51,093 nt of DNA from an uncultured Planctomycetales bacterium (GTDB lineage: Bacteria; Omnitrophota; Gorgyraeia; Gygaellales; Profunditerraquicolaceae), in assembly GCA_964399915.1 (NCBI GenBank), contig CAYNRN010000001.1, positions 57,646 to 108,738 of the forward strand, written 5' to 3'. Below the pieces are notes generated by a model. That model had not been told where the DNA came from, did no database searches, and worked only from the letters and a program-made list of their open reading frames with translations. A program made the translations under genes and the position numbers. Position 1 is the first letter of the stretch. Every line of letters starts with the position of its first letter. Shown here one piece after another: positions 1-10,753 of this stretch.

Positions 1-501
1 TCTTCCCGGGCGATCCTGGATACGGTCTGCATCAGCGGCTGCCAGGATTATGCCCTGGAAACCGCGCGGGCAATAAAAGAAAAATATAAGGTTGAGGTAA
101 AACTAATCAGCCCCGATTGCGATACAGCTGTTCAGGCCGGGGAAAATATAGAGATAATCAAAGGCAGGATGCAGGAGCTTATCGGAGAGGGCCAGGTGCA
201 GGCGGTGAAATTGGAATCCGGAAAGGTGATTGCGGCTTCATCGGTGATTTTTATGGATGAGCGGCAGCCGGAAACGGATTTCCTCAGGAATACGCAACTA
301 GCTTTAGAAAACGGCTTTGTTAAAGTAGACGAAAATATGCGCGCAAATATAGATTCGGTATTCGCCTGCGGCGCGGTTTGTATTTCAGGGGCTGCCTGCG
401 CAGGGCCTAAGAATTGGGATGAGGCACTAAATGAAGGCCGGATTTTAACCGATAATCTTATTAAAGCCATGAGAGGAGAGCCATGTCAGAGGTCTTGGTA
501 A
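1..501 (+). CDS. FAD/NAD(P)-dependent pyridine nucleotide-disulfide oxidoreductase, C-terminal part (5' end lies outside the window)
   Basis: Frame 1 is open from nt 1 through the listed 169..501 ORF. The C-terminal ...DSVFACGAV... segment resembles the second FAD-binding motif of thioredoxin-reductase-like flavoproteins. The gene overlaps the acsB start. Confidence 0.55.
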   Translation, partial: SSRAILDTVCISGCQDYALETARAIKEKYKVEVKLISPDCDTAVQAGENIEIIKGRMQELIGEGQVQAVKLESGKVIAASSVIFMDERQPETDFLRNTQLALENGFVKVDENMRANIDSVFACGAVCISGAACAGPKNWDEALNEGRILTDNLIKAMRGEPCQRSW

Positions 502-2663
502 AATTAGGCGTAAGCGGAGCGGATGCAGTATTGAAATTAACCCGGCAATCTTTAGAGAGAGCAGCTATTGATAGAGGCAGGAATGCGCAGATCGGGTTTC
601 CTGAAACGAATTATTATTTGCCTCTAATCAATGCCCTCCTTAATATAGAAGTTAAGTCCATAGGGGATTGTTTTACCGCCCTAAACGAAGCCGAAAAACT
701 CAGCAATAACATGCCGGTGAAAAGCGGATTAAATATTTCCGCTTTGGCAGGCATACTTAATAAAGGAGTGGCTACCCTGCTCTGCGAAGAAATTTTAGCG
801 GCGCTTGCGGTGTTAAATAAAGAGCATCCCAAGGCAGGCCTGGGTTTTGTCCCCGATAAGATACTGCGTTCTCTGGGGTTGCAGCTGGTTGACGGAAGGA
901 TCGCCGGTATTGCCGTGATCCTTGGCCCGGCAAAGGATGAAGAGGCGGCAGCTGCATTAATCCGTGAATTTCAGTCTAAGAGCATAGTTGCTTTGACTGT
1001 CGGCAGTAAGGACGGCCTGACCTTAGCTGCCCAACTTGAAAAGAAGAACATTGAAATCGGGCTGGATAATTATATCGTCCCTCTCGGAGAAGACTATCTT
1101 TCGGTGATCTACGCGGTTAATTTCGCTGTCAGGGCGCCTCTGATTTACGGGGGTTTCAAGCCCGGGCAGTGGCAGGGGATAGCCGATTATATCCGTAACC
1201 GCGTACCGGCATTTGTTTTACTGCTTGGCCACGTTGATGAAGTGATAGTGGCAACCGGGTTAGGGGCCCTGGCTTTTGGTTTGCCTATTATCACCGATTT
1301 GGAAGTGCCGCAGTTAGGTAAAATTGAGACTACGCTTTTTGAGGCGCTGATTACCGAAAAAGATTATAAAAAGCTTGCCTCCAGATGCATACTGGCAAGG
1401 GGAATAAAAGTGAAGATGTCCAGCGTCGCTATCCCGCTTCCCTATGCCGCTGCTTTTGAAGGCGAGCGGGTGAGAAGAGAGCAGCTTTATTGCGAATTCG
1501 GAGGTAAGGCCGGTGACGCTTTTGAATATTTAACCCGCGCCGGCGAAGAAGAGATAGATGACGGAAAAATCGATTTAACCGGCCCGGATATTGACCAGCT
1601 TCCTGAGGGTAAAAAGTCCCTGCCTCTGGCGATTATTGTCAAGGTTTTCGGCCGTAAGATGCAGAAAGATTTTGAGCCGATTCTGGAGCGGCAGATCCAT
1701 CGTTTCGTAAATTACGCCATGGGCCTGATGCATGTCGGCCAGCGGGATATGAACTGGATCAGGATATCCAATGATGCCTTCAGCAAAGGCTTTCGGCTCA
1801 AGCATATCGGCGTGATCCTCCACGCTATGCTGCATCAGGAATATAGCGCTATAGTCGATAAGGTGCAGGTTGAGCTGTATACCCGGGAGGCAGACCTGAA
1901 AAAATTATTGCCGCAAGCCACCAAGGCATATGAGGAAAGGGATGAGCGCCTAAGCGGCATGACCGATGAAAGCGTGGATACTTTTTATTCCTGCCTCTTG
2001 TGCCAGTCGTTTGCCCCTAACCACGTTTGTATCATTACCCCCGAGCGCCTGGGGTTATGCGGGGCATATTCCTGGTTGGATGGAAAGGCCTCTTATGAAA
2101 TAACCCCCACCGGTCCCAATCAACCTATATTAAAGGGTAAACTCGTCAATCCTAAGCTCGGCCAGTGGGAGGCGATCAATGAATTCGTAAAGGTAAAATC
2201 TAATAGAACCATAGATAAGGTAAGCATGTACTCTCTGATGGATTCGCCTCAATCATCCTGCGGATGCTTTGAGTGTATCTTAGCGATCATCCCGGAGGTG
2301 AACGGAGTGATGGTCGTCCACCGGGATTATTCCGGGATGACCCCCTGCGGCATGACTTTTACCAGCCTGGCCGGCTCTGTAGGCGGAGGAGTACAGACGC
2401 CGGGATTCCTGGGAGTGGGCAAACTTTATCTCTTAAGCAGAAAATTTATCTTCGCCGAAGGCGGGCTTAAGCGGCTGGTCTGGATGCCAAAAGAGCTTAA
2501 AGAGCTCTTGGGGGCCAAACTTACGAAAAGGGCGCAGGAGATCGGGATGCCGGATTTGCCGAAAAGAATAGCCGATGAGAGCGTTGCTACTTCTTCGGAA
2601 GAACTTACTAAATTCCTGGAAAAAGTAAAACATCCGGCGCTTGAAATGGAGCCGCTGATATAA
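483..2663 (+). CDS. acsB: CO-methylating acetyl-CoA synthase (A-cluster subunit of CODH/ACS)
   Basis: 726 aa. It carries the A-cluster cysteine motifs CLLCQSFAPNHVCIITPERLGLCGA and SSCGCFEC, is full length compared with Moorella-type AcsB, and has an AGGAG-like RBS before ATG 483. Confidence 0.9.
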   Translation: MSEVLVKLGVSGADAVLKLTRQSLERAAIDRGRNAQIGFPETNYYLPLINALLNIEVKSIGDCFTALNEAEKLSNNMPVKSGLNISALAGILNKGVATLLCEEILAALAVLNKEHPKAGLGFVPDKILRSLGLQLVDGRIAGIAVILGPAKDEEAAAALIREFQSKSIVALTVGSKDGLTLAAQLEKKNIEIGLDNYIVPLGEDYLSVIYAVNFAVRAPLIYGGFKPGQWQGIADYIRNRVPAFVLLLGHVDEVIVATGLGALAFGLPIITDLEVPQLGKIETTLFEALITEKDYKKLASRCILARGIKVKMSSVAIPLPYAAAFEGERVRREQLYCEFGGKAGDAFEYLTRAGEEEIDDGKIDLTGPDIDQLPEGKKSLPLAIIVKVFGRKMQKDFEPILERQIHRFVNYAMGLMHVGQRDMNWIRISNDAFSKGFRLKHIGVILHAMLHQEYSAIVDKVQVELYTREADLKKLLPQATKAYEERDERLSGMTDESVDTFYSCLLCQSFAPNHVCIITPERLGLCGAYSWLDGKASYEITPTGPNQPILKGKLVNPKLGQWEAINEFVKVKSNRTIDKVSMYSLMDSPQSSCGCFECILAIIPEVNGVMVVHRDYSGMTPCGMTFTSLAGSVGGGVQTPGFLGVGKLYLLSRKFIFAEGGLKRLVWMPKELKELLGAKLTKRAQEIGMPDLPKRIADESVATSSEELTKFLEKVKHPALEMEPLI

Positions 2664-2671
2664 TATTTTTC

Positions 2672-2699
2672 TTGACGATAAGCCCGATGTATGTATAAT
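2672..2699 (+). promoter_or_regulatory. sigma70-like promoter (TTGACG-16 nt-TATAAT) upstream of the TPR gene
   Basis: TTGACG at 2672-2677 and TATAAT at 2694-2699. The first ATG of the ORF (2691) lies inside the promoter, so ATG 2715 may be the true start. Confidence 0.4.
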
Positions 2700-3566
2700 A
2701 AGAGCATCCAAACAATGCAGATTTATTCCTGCCTTAAAAAATTGAAGTACATTATCCCAATTATATTATTGGTAGCCGGTGTTTTCTCTTACGGATTCTG
2801 CCAGGATGCTGCAGTCGCCGGTAACCGGGGAGTCATAGAAGGCCGCGATTTGCCTGAGGCCCAGAAGTTTAGTGAGAAGTCGCGGGAAGATTCTAAGGTA
2901 GCCCCTCTTTCTAACCTGGAAGAAAGGAAGCTTACCGATAAGCAGAAGATTGCCAGGGATTACCGCACCGAAGGCGTTTCCTGGCAGAATATGGGAAACC
3001 TTAATTCGGCCTTAAGCTTCTATCAGAAAGCCGCCGAACTTGACCCGGCTTACGCGGTCGTCTATAACGACCTCGGAGTGATATACGAGGCCATGGGCGA
3101 TAGCCAGCGCGCCGAAGAGAGTTATCTCAAGGCCGTAAAGATTGACCCTGGATTCCTCAGCCCCTATACAAACTTGGCTTTGATCTGCGAAGGGAGGCGT
3201 GATCTTAAGGGCGCTGAAGTTTACTGGAAGAAGCGCGCGGAATTAGGCTCCAGCGATGACCCCTGGACGGAAAAAGCCCGCCAGAGGTATAATGATATCG
3301 TCATGGTGGAAGAGGGCAAGCCTGCTGACCTGCGCGAGCAGGAGGTCATCGGCCTTACCCAGGAAGTGGCGAGCACAAAGGAGTTGAGCAAGTCGGATAA
3401 TAAGGAGTTGGCAAAGATGCACTTTGCCAAGGCAAAGGAATATTACCGCAAGAATGACGAGGTAACCGCATTAAGGGAAGCCCTTGATGCGCAGGTACTG
3501 GACCCTTCCAATAGGGAAATTCAGGAATTTGTCGCAAAGGTCCAACGCAGACTGTTATCAAGATAG
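2691..3566 (+). CDS. TPR repeat protein with N-terminal hydrophobic signal/anchor
   Basis: Hydrophobic N-terminus IIPIILLVAGVF followed by TPR-like repeats (AELDPAYAVVYNDLGVIYEAMGD, AVKIDPGFLSPYTNLA). An alternative in-frame start exists at 2715. Confidence 0.7.
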   Translation: MYNKSIQTMQIYSCLKKLKYIIPIILLVAGVFSYGFCQDAAVAGNRGVIEGRDLPEAQKFSEKSREDSKVAPLSNLEERKLTDKQKIARDYRTEGVSWQNMGNLNSALSFYQKAAELDPAYAVVYNDLGVIYEAMGDSQRAEESYLKAVKIDPGFLSPYTNLALICEGRRDLKGAEVYWKKRAELGSSDDPWTEKARQRYNDIVMVEEGKPADLREQEVIGLTQEVASTKELSKSDNKELAKMHFAKAKEYYRKNDEVTALREALDAQVLDPSNREIQEFVAKVQRRLLSR

Positions 3567-3675
3567 GCAGCAACCACTTATTAAGAGTTTCCTGCCAATT
3601 ATATAGACTTCGACTTAGCTGATAAAAAGCGGCTGATATGCATAAGTCTGAGTCATTATCCCTCTAAGTTAATCA

Positions 3676-6216
3676 ATGGTTGAGAAAAAAATGTGCCTGG
3701 TCGACGCAACCGCTTTCTGCTACAGGGCATTTTATGCCCTGCGCAATCTTTCGACATCATACGGCCAGCCTACTAACGCCGTGTTCGGGTTCGTGAAAAT
3801 GATAAAAAAAATCATAGACGAATACCGGCCCGATTATATCGCAGTTTGTTTTGATGTCTCCCGGGATACCTTCAGGTCAAAAAAGTTTGCGGAGTATAAG
3901 ATGCAGAGGCCTTCCATGCCGGATAGCCTGGTGAGCCAGATACCTCTGATTAAGGAAGTTGTTTCGGCATTCGGCCTTAAGCTGGTAGAGAAAGAAGGTT
4001 TTGAAGCCGATGACCTGATTGCTACGCTGGCAAGAAAAGCTGCCTCCGAGAAATTTTCCGTGACTATTATCAGTTCAGATAAGGATATATTGCAGCTTGT
4101 CGACGGCAATATAAAGGTGTTCAGCCCATACAAGGACGAAGGGGTAACTTATGACACGGATAAAGTAAAGGAGAGGTTTGGGGTTGATCCTGCGCTGGTG
4201 CCGGATGTAATCGCTTTAATGGGGGATGAATCCGATAATATTCCGGGTGTCGCAGGTATAGGCGAAAAAACTGCTTCCCGGCTGATCAACGAATTCGGTA
4301 CGCTGGATAACCTGATCGAAAACCGTCAGAATATAGATAAAGAAAAGCTAAGGAAAACTATCGCGGAGAACTTAGAGAAGATAGAGCTTAACCGGCAGCT
4401 TGTCCGGTTAAAGGATGACGTTGCGCTGGATTTTGATTTAGCAGACCTTGCGCCGGGAGAGGCCGATGCGCAGGAACTGGTACGGATTTTTAAGAAACTG
4501 GAATTCAGGTCGCTGCTTAAGGAATTAGGAAGCGGGTTTGACAAGGAAACCCAGAAGGCAGAGACGGAAGAGTTGGGAGATTCCGGCCTCAAAGATTTAT
4601 TATATGCGGCAGAGGAGATGGCTATTTCTGCAGAGGTTGAGTCGGAAATGGTGATTTCGGCAAAGGGGAGGTTGTTGCGTGTCGTGCAGGTAGAAGCAGG
4701 TTTGCGTCAAGCCTTAGCTGATCCCCGGATCAGGAAGATAGGCCACGATTTGAAGAAAGCCGTTCATCTGCTTAAGAAAAAAGGTATTACTCTCAGGGGC
4801 TTAAGTTTCGATACCATGATCGCCGCTTACCTGTTGAATAGCGCGGGTTCTACTTTTGCCCTGCCGGATTTAGCGCTTAATTATTTAGGCAAGATGGTCA
4901 GGGAGCCTCTGGCAGGCGCCGAGAGGGCAGGATTGATCTTGGAATTGAAGCCGGTCTTAGAGGGCAGGCTGGAAGAAAATTCGCTCTTTAGTCTTTTTAA
5001 AGATATCGAGATGCCTTTGACGGAGGTATTGTCCGATATCGAAGACGCCGGTATCGCGCTGGATGTAAAGGTCCTCTCAGGGCTTTCCGCGGATATCGAG
5101 AAGCGGCTGATAAAGTTAATCGAGGAGATTTATGATTTAAGCGGTGTCCAGTTTAACATAAATTCCCCCAAACAGCTTCGAGAAATACTCTTTGAAAGAT
5201 TGAAACTGCCGGTGGTCAAGAGAAGTAAAACCGGGCCTTCTACCGACGAAGAGGTTTTACGCAAACTCGCGGACAAACACGAGCTGCCTAAGCTTTTGCT
5301 TGAGTACCGGCAGCTGATGAAGCTTAAAACCACTTATATAGATGTCCTGCCTCAGCTGATTGATAAAGATAGCGGCAGGCTCCATACTTCCTTTAATCAG
5401 ACAGGGACGGAGACCGGCAGGCTTAGTTCTCAAAACCCCAATCTGCAGAATGTACCGGTGAGGACCGATATCGGCAGGCAGATTAGGAGGGCAATCATAG
5501 CCGGAGAGAAAGATAGCTGCCTGATTTCCTGTGACTATTCACAGATAGAATTGAGGGTCTTGGCGCATCTCTCCAAAGATGAGGCTTTAATTGACGCCTT
5601 TAAAAGAGGCGCGGATATACACCGGGCTACCGCGGCTTTGATCTACGGTACGGACGAAGGCAGCATCACGGATGAGATACGCGAGACGGCAAAGCGGGTC
5701 AATTTCGGCATTGTTTACGGATTGACCGCTTACGGCTTAAGCCGCGATCTGAATATCCCTGTTGATCAGGCGCAGGCCTTTATTGACGCGTATTTCCAGA
5801 GGTATCCGCGGGTAAAGGAATATATCGAAACCCAGATAAAGTCAGCGGAGAAAAACGGATTTGTCGCTACGATAATGGGGCGCAGGCGTTATATCCCGCA
5901 GATCAACGACAGGAATCAGGCAGCCAGGCAGTTTGCCCAGCGCCAGGCCGTCAATACGCCTATCCAGGGTTCTGCTTCCGACTTGATCAAAATGGCGATG
6001 ATAAACATACACCGCCAGTTAAAATCATCGGGTTTGGAAACTCGGATGGTGCTGCAGATACATGATGAACTTCTTTTTGAAGGCCCCCAACGGGAAGTCA
6101 AGCAGGTGCTCGTATCGGTAAAAGACAAGATGGAGAACGTTATGCAGCTGGAAGTGCCCGTCAGGATAGACATAAAAAAAGGAATGAATTGGCTTGAGAT
6201 GGAGCCGGTAAGATGA
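3676..6216 (+). CDS. polA: DNA polymerase I
   Basis: 846 aa with an N-terminal 5' nuclease domain and family A polymerase motifs DYSQIELR, RETAKRVNFGIVYG and QIHDELLFE. Confidence 0.95.
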   Translation: MVEKKMCLVDATAFCYRAFYALRNLSTSYGQPTNAVFGFVKMIKKIIDEYRPDYIAVCFDVSRDTFRSKKFAEYKMQRPSMPDSLVSQIPLIKEVVSAFGLKLVEKEGFEADDLIATLARKAASEKFSVTIISSDKDILQLVDGNIKVFSPYKDEGVTYDTDKVKERFGVDPALVPDVIALMGDESDNIPGVAGIGEKTASRLINEFGTLDNLIENRQNIDKEKLRKTIAENLEKIELNRQLVRLKDDVALDFDLADLAPGEADAQELVRIFKKLEFRSLLKELGSGFDKETQKAETEELGDSGLKDLLYAAEEMAISAEVESEMVISAKGRLLRVVQVEAGLRQALADPRIRKIGHDLKKAVHLLKKKGITLRGLSFDTMIAAYLLNSAGSTFALPDLALNYLGKMVREPLAGAERAGLILELKPVLEGRLEENSLFSLFKDIEMPLTEVLSDIEDAGIALDVKVLSGLSADIEKRLIKLIEEIYDLSGVQFNINSPKQLREILFERLKLPVVKRSKTGPSTDEEVLRKLADKHELPKLLLEYRQLMKLKTTYIDVLPQLIDKDSGRLHTSFNQTGTETGRLSSQNPNLQNVPVRTDIGRQIRRAIIAGEKDSCLISCDYSQIELRVLAHLSKDEALIDAFKRGADIHRATAALIYGTDEGSITDEIRETAKRVNFGIVYGLTAYGLSRDLNIPVDQAQAFIDAYFQRYPRVKEYIETQIKSAEKNGFVATIMGRRRYIPQINDRNQAARQFAQRQAVNTPIQGSASDLIKMAMINIHRQLKSSGLETRMVLQIHDELLFEGPQREVKQVLVSVKDKMENVMQLEVPVRIDIKKGMNWLEMEPVR

Positions 6217-7601
6217 AAATAGCACTCTGTTCATCGGAGGTCGTACCTTTTGCTAAGACCGGAGGCCTGGCGGATGTCGCCTCTGCTTTATCCGTGGCGT
6301 TGGATGCGCAAAACGCAGAAGTAGCGCTGATCACCCCGTTTTATAAAAAAACCAAGGATAACGGAGGATGGAAGCGGAATGAAAAGGGGATTCCCTATTC
6401 GCTGATCGGAAAAAAGATAAAAGTCTATTTTGCGGAGAACGACGCCTATTTTAACCGAAACGGCCTTTATGGCGACAGAAAAGGCGATTATCCCGACAAT
6501 CTAGAGCGTTTCTCTTTCTATTGCCTGCGCACCGCAGAGATATTGAAAGAAGCCGCTTTTAAGCCCGATATTATACACTGCCATGATTGGCAATCGGCCT
6601 TGCTTGCCGTTTATCTTAAGGCGCGTTTAGGCGACGATGATTTTTTCGGTCGCACAAAGTCGCTTTTGACTATACATAATATCGGATATCAGGGGATATT
6701 CGAGGCCGGGGAGTTCCCGAAACTCGGCTTAAACCGCAAGCTCAGCGAAATGCCTGAGTTTGAGTTCTACGGTAAAGTAAACCTCCTTAAAGCCGGCATT
6801 ATCTACAGTGACGGTATAAGTACTGTAAGCCCCGGCTATCGCAATGAGATATTGACCAAAGAATTCGGGTTCGGGCTGGAGGGTGTTTTAAGCCAAAGGC
6901 GGGATTCTTTATCCGGCATACTTAACGGGCTTGATTACTCGATATGGAATCCGGCAACAGACAGTTACATCTCTAAGAATTATGATTCCGGCACCCTTAA
7001 ATCCAAATCTGAGAATAAGGCGTTCTTGCGTAAACTGTGCGGTTTTAAGAATAGCCCTGAGTTTCCCCTGATCGGGATAGTATCGCGGCTTGCTGGGCAA
7101 AAAGGTTTTGATATCCTCGCCGAAAGCCTGAAAGAGATATTCAAGATGGGCATCGAGATGGTAATACTGGGGACCGGAGAAGAGAGGTACCGCAAGATAT
7201 TGAAACGCATAGCCGCAAGATACCCTAAAGTCATGCATCTGGCTTTAAATTTTGACGAAGGATTGGCGCACCAGATTTATGCCGGCGCGGATATTTTCCT
7301 TATGCCTTCAAGTTATGAACCCTGCGGCCTGGGGCAGATGATCAGTCTTAAGTATGCGACAATCCCGCTGGTTTTTAAAACCGGCGGGTTGGCTGATACC
7401 GTCAATAAAAATAACGGTTTTCTTTTTGAGGAATATTCAGCTTCGGAGCTTATCGGAGCCGTGGCCCGCGCCGTCGAAACTTTCCGGAATAAGGAAAAGT
7501 GGCAGGTTTTGATGAAAAATGCGGCAGCCTGCGATTTTTCCTGGGAATCAGCGGCCAAAGAGTATATTTCGCTTTATGAAAAAATCAGCCGGAAAGCATA
7601 A
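6213..7601 (+). CDS. glgA: glycogen/starch synthase (ADP-glucose type)
   Basis: N-terminal KTGGLADV motif and a GT5/GT1 fold length of 462 aa. ATGA start/stop overlap with polA. Confidence 0.9.
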   Translation: MKIALCSSEVVPFAKTGGLADVASALSVALDAQNAEVALITPFYKKTKDNGGWKRNEKGIPYSLIGKKIKVYFAENDAYFNRNGLYGDRKGDYPDNLERFSFYCLRTAEILKEAAFKPDIIHCHDWQSALLAVYLKARLGDDDFFGRTKSLLTIHNIGYQGIFEAGEFPKLGLNRKLSEMPEFEFYGKVNLLKAGIIYSDGISTVSPGYRNEILTKEFGFGLEGVLSQRRDSLSGILNGLDYSIWNPATDSYISKNYDSGTLKSKSENKAFLRKLCGFKNSPEFPLIGIVSRLAGQKGFDILAESLKEIFKMGIEMVILGTGEERYRKILKRIAARYPKVMHLALNFDEGLAHQIYAGADIFLMPSSYEPCGLGQMISLKYATIPLVFKTGGLADTVNKNNGFLFEEYSASELIGAVARAVETFRNKEKWQVLMKNAAACDFSWESAAKEYISLYEKISRKA

Positions 7602-8235
7602 AAAGTTTATCTTGGCAGTAACCGGCGTACCGGCAAGCGGTAAGACTACCGTTGCTAGGATGTTTGCCGTTTACAATGCGCGCTTAATTGACGCCGACAG
7701 GGCCGGCCATGATCTGCTTAAGAAGACCAGCCCGGTTTATCGCAGGGTAATCGCTGCTTTTGGAGCAGAAATTTCAGGAGACAGAGGCGGCATATCCAGG
7801 GCCAAACTCGCACGGGTCGTTTTCGAAGATAGGAAATTACTGCGCCGGCTAAATTCACTGGTGCACCCTTATATCATAAAGGAGATCAAAAGGAAGATCC
7901 GCTCCTCTAGGTCAGGATTTATCGTTTTGGATGCGCCTTTGCTTTTTGAGGCAAGAGTCGCTGATCTTGCGGATGCGATAGTTGTAGTTGGTACCGATAG
8001 GCATAGGCGCCTCAACCGGGCTTCCAGAAGAGCAAGTTTTGATAAACAAGTTTTCTTTAAAAAAACAAAAGCTCAATTGACGCAGGGCGAGAAATCGCGC
8101 CGGGCGGATTTTATCATAGATAATAACGGCTCACTGAAGGAGACCAGAAAACAAGTTGAGCAAATTTACAGGCAGCTGATTTGCTGTTTAAAGTTTAACC
8201 AAGGAGGATCTTGTGGAAAAACTAGACATCAGTAA
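7576..8235 (+). CDS. coaE: dephospho-CoA kinase
   Basis: P-loop GVPASGKTT immediately after the [17 protein letters not shown] start, with CoaE-like length. I chose the internal ATG 7576 rather than 7519 because 7519 would add a non-conserved leader overlapping glgA. Confidence 0.8.
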   Translation: MKKSAGKHKKFILAVTGVPASGKTTVARMFAVYNARLIDADRAGHDLLKKTSPVYRRVIAAFGAEISGDRGGISRAKLARVVFEDRKLLRRLNSLVHPYIIKEIKRKIRSSRSGFIVLDAPLLFEARVADLADAIVVVGTDRHRRLNRASRRASFDKQVFFKKTKAQLTQGEKSRRADFIIDNNGSLKETRKQVEQIYRQLICCLKFNQGGSCGKTRHQ

Positions 8236-9469
8236 ATTAAAAGACATGAAAATAACCGAGCTCAATAAGCAGGCTAAGGCCCTGGGGGTTAACGGGATCT
8301 CCGGGATCAGAAAGCAGGACCTGATCTTTAAAATATTGCAGGCACAGGCCGAAAAAGAAGGTTTGATGTTCGGGGAGGGCGTGCTTGAGATACTCACCGA
8401 AGGATTCGGATTCCTGCGTTCGACAAATTATAATTACCTTCCCTGCCCGGATGATATTTACGTCTCACCCTCGCAGATAAGGAAGTTTGACTTAAGGACC
8501 GGGGATACCGTAAGCGGCCAGATCCGCCCTCCCAAGGAAGGGGAGAAATACTTTGCCCTGCTGAAGGTAGAAGCGGTTAATTTTGAAAACCCCGAGGATT
8601 CCAAAGAGAAGGTCCTTTTTGACAACCTTACGCCGGTATACCCTTTCCAGAGGTTTGACCTGGAGGATAAGCCGGATAATATATCGATGCGGGTGATGAA
8701 TCTGCTTACTCCCATCGGTAAGGGGCAGCGCGGTTTGATTGTCGCCCAGCCTTATAGCGGAAAGACGGTCCTCTTGCAGAAGATAGCCAATTCCATAGTG
8801 ACTAATAACCCCGATGTAATCCTGATCGTGCTCTTAATCGACGAAAGGCCGGAAGAGGTCACGGATATGCAGCGGCACGTCAGAGGAGAGGTGATTTCTT
8901 CAACTTTTGACGAGCCGCCGGAGAGGCACGTGCAGGTAGCCGAGATAGTATTGGAGAAGGCAAAGCGCCTGGTAGAGCATAAAAGGGACGTGGTTGTGCT
9001 CTTAGACAGCGTTACGCGCCTTGCGCGGGCATATAATGCGGTGGTGCCGCATAGCGGTAAGGTGCTTTCCGGAGGCATTGATTCCAACGCCCTGCAGAAG
9101 CCAAAAAGATTCTTCGGTGCGGCGCGCGCTATTGAAGAAGGGGGAAGCCTGACGATTATTGCCACAGCCTTAGTCGATACCGGCAGCCGCATGGACGAAG
9201 TCATCTTCGAAGAGTTTAAAGGTACGGGCAACATGGAACTGCAGCTTGACAGGAACCTATTCCAGAGGCGGATTTACCCGGCTATTGATATCAAGCGCTC
9301 CAACACCAGGCACGAGGAACTCTTGCTTAAGGCCGAACATCTGCAAAAAGTCTGGATTTTACGCAAGGTATTGAATGAGCTTAATAACGTCGAGGCAATG
9401 GAGCTATTAATCGAAAAATTGTCCAAGACCAAGAACAACGAAGAGTTTTTAAACAGCATGAACCAATAA
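8213..9469 (+). CDS. rho: transcription termination factor Rho
   Basis: 418 aa with an N-terminal Rho_N-like [19 protein letters not shown] and Walker [19 protein letters not shown] start at 8213 with AAGGAGG at 8201-8207. Confidence 0.95.
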   Translation: MEKLDISKLKDMKITELNKQAKALGVNGISGIRKQDLIFKILQAQAEKEGLMFGEGVLEILTEGFGFLRSTNYNYLPCPDDIYVSPSQIRKFDLRTGDTVSGQIRPPKEGEKYFALLKVEAVNFENPEDSKEKVLFDNLTPVYPFQRFDLEDKPDNISMRVMNLLTPIGKGQRGLIVAQPYSGKTVLLQKIANSIVTNNPDVILIVLLIDERPEEVTDMQRHVRGEVISSTFDEPPERHVQVAEIVLEKAKRLVEHKRDVVVLLDSVTRLARAYNAVVPHSGKVLSGGIDSNALQKPKRFFGAARAIEEGGSLTIIATALVDTGSRMDEVIFEEFKGTGNMELQLDRNLFQRRIYPAIDIKRSNTRHEELLLKAEHLQKVWILRKVLNELNNVEAMELLIEKLSKTKNNEEFLNSMNQ

Positions 9470-9479
9470 GGAGGCAAGA

Positions 9480-9692
9480 ATGAAAGACAAGATCCATCCC
9501 AATTACAAAGAGAGTACGATCATCTGCGCTTGCGGCGAAACGATACGCACGCGCTCAACCAAGCCCAGTATCCGCGTGGATATCTGCTCAAAATGCCATC
9601 CTTTCTTTACCGGCAAGCAAAAATTCGTGGATTCCGCCGGGAGAGTGGATAAGTTCATTAAAAAATATGCAAAGGGACTTAAAAAAGAATGA
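9480..9692 (+). CDS. rpmE: 50S ribosomal protein L31
   Basis: 70 aa. The sequence MKDKIHPNY...CACG...[10 protein letters not shown] is typical of zinc-binding L31. Confidence 0.95.
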   Translation: MKDKIHPNYKESTIICACGETIRTRSTKPSIRVDICSKCHPFFTGKQKFVDSAGRVDKFIKKYAKGLKKE

Positions 9693-10753
9693 ATGAACGG
9701 CTGGAAAAACTGGAAAAGCGCTACGAGGAGATAGAGCAGCTGTTGGCTTCTCCTGAAGTGTTCTCTGACAAGGACAGATACAGCAGGCTGGTCAGAGAAC
9801 TGTCCTCGCTTAAGGAGAGCGTTTCGCTGTTCAGGGAATATAAAAAAATCGAGCGGGAGATCAAAGAGCTGGAAATCTCCCTGCAGGAGAAACACGAACG
9901 CGAGTTCCTCGATCTAGCCAGGACAGAGCTGACCGAGCTTAGAGCAAAGAAAGAAGGGTTGCTAACTAAGCTTAAAAGCAGCCTGGTCGGCGAAGATAAG
10001 GACCTTGGCAAAGATGTAATAGTGGAAATACGCCAGGGTACAGGAGGCGGAGAAGCGGCGCTTTTTGCCGCTGATCTTTATCGTATGTATTCTCAGTACG
10101 CCGCGAATAAAGGCTGGGTGGTTGAGCAGATGTCTGCTAATGCCACTGAATTAGGAGGCTTTAAAGAAGTTGTCTTCAGCGTCCGGGGCAGGGATGCATA
10201 TAAACGGCTTAAGTTCGAAAGCGGCGTGCACAGGGTACAGAGGGTGCCTGCTACAGAAGCTCAGGGCAGGATACATACCTCTACAGCTACTGTAGCGGTA
10301 TTAGTTGAGCCGCAGGAAGTAGAGATGGTTATAGAACCGAAAGACTTGAAGATTGAGACTTACCGTTCTTCCGGTCCCGGGGGCCAACATATGCAAAAGA
10401 CCGATTCGGCGGTAAGGATTACGCATCTGCCGTCAGGGCTGGCAGTTGCCTGTCAGGATGAAAGGTCGCAGGGAAAGAACAAAACTAAGGCGATGAGGAT
10501 CCTCTCGGCAAGGCTTCTGGACGCAAAAGAGCAGGAAGAGGCAAAAAAGATGTCCCACGAAAGGAAAGTCCAGGTAGGTACCGGAGACCGGAGCGAAAAA
10601 ATCAGGACTTATAATTTTCCTGACCGCAGGGTAACCGATCACAGGATTAATCTCACCCTGCATAAATTAGAGGCGATTTTAAACGGGGAACTGGAAGAAC
10701 TTTCCGATTGTTTGATAAAAGCAGAAGAGGAAAAGAAGCATGAACGAACCTGA
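9689..10753 (+). CDS. prfA: peptide chain release factor 1
   Basis: GGQ motif ([19 protein letters not shown]) and the RF1-type PAT tripeptide ([10 protein letters not shown]). Confidence 0.95.
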   Translation: MNERLEKLEKRYEEIEQLLASPEVFSDKDRYSRLVRELSSLKESVSLFREYKKIEREIKELEISLQEKHEREFLDLARTELTELRAKKEGLLTKLKSSLVGEDKDLGKDVIVEIRQGTGGGEAALFAADLYRMYSQYAANKGWVVEQMSANATELGGFKEVVFSVRGRDAYKRLKFESGVHRVQRVPATEAQGRIHTSTATVAVLVEPQEVEMVIEPKDLKIETYRSSGPGGQHMQKTDSAVRITHLPSGLAVACQDERSQGKNKTKAMRILSARLLDAKEQEEAKKMSHERKVQVGTGDRSEKIRTYNFPDRRVTDHRINLTLHKLEAILNGELEELSDCLIKAEEEKKHERT

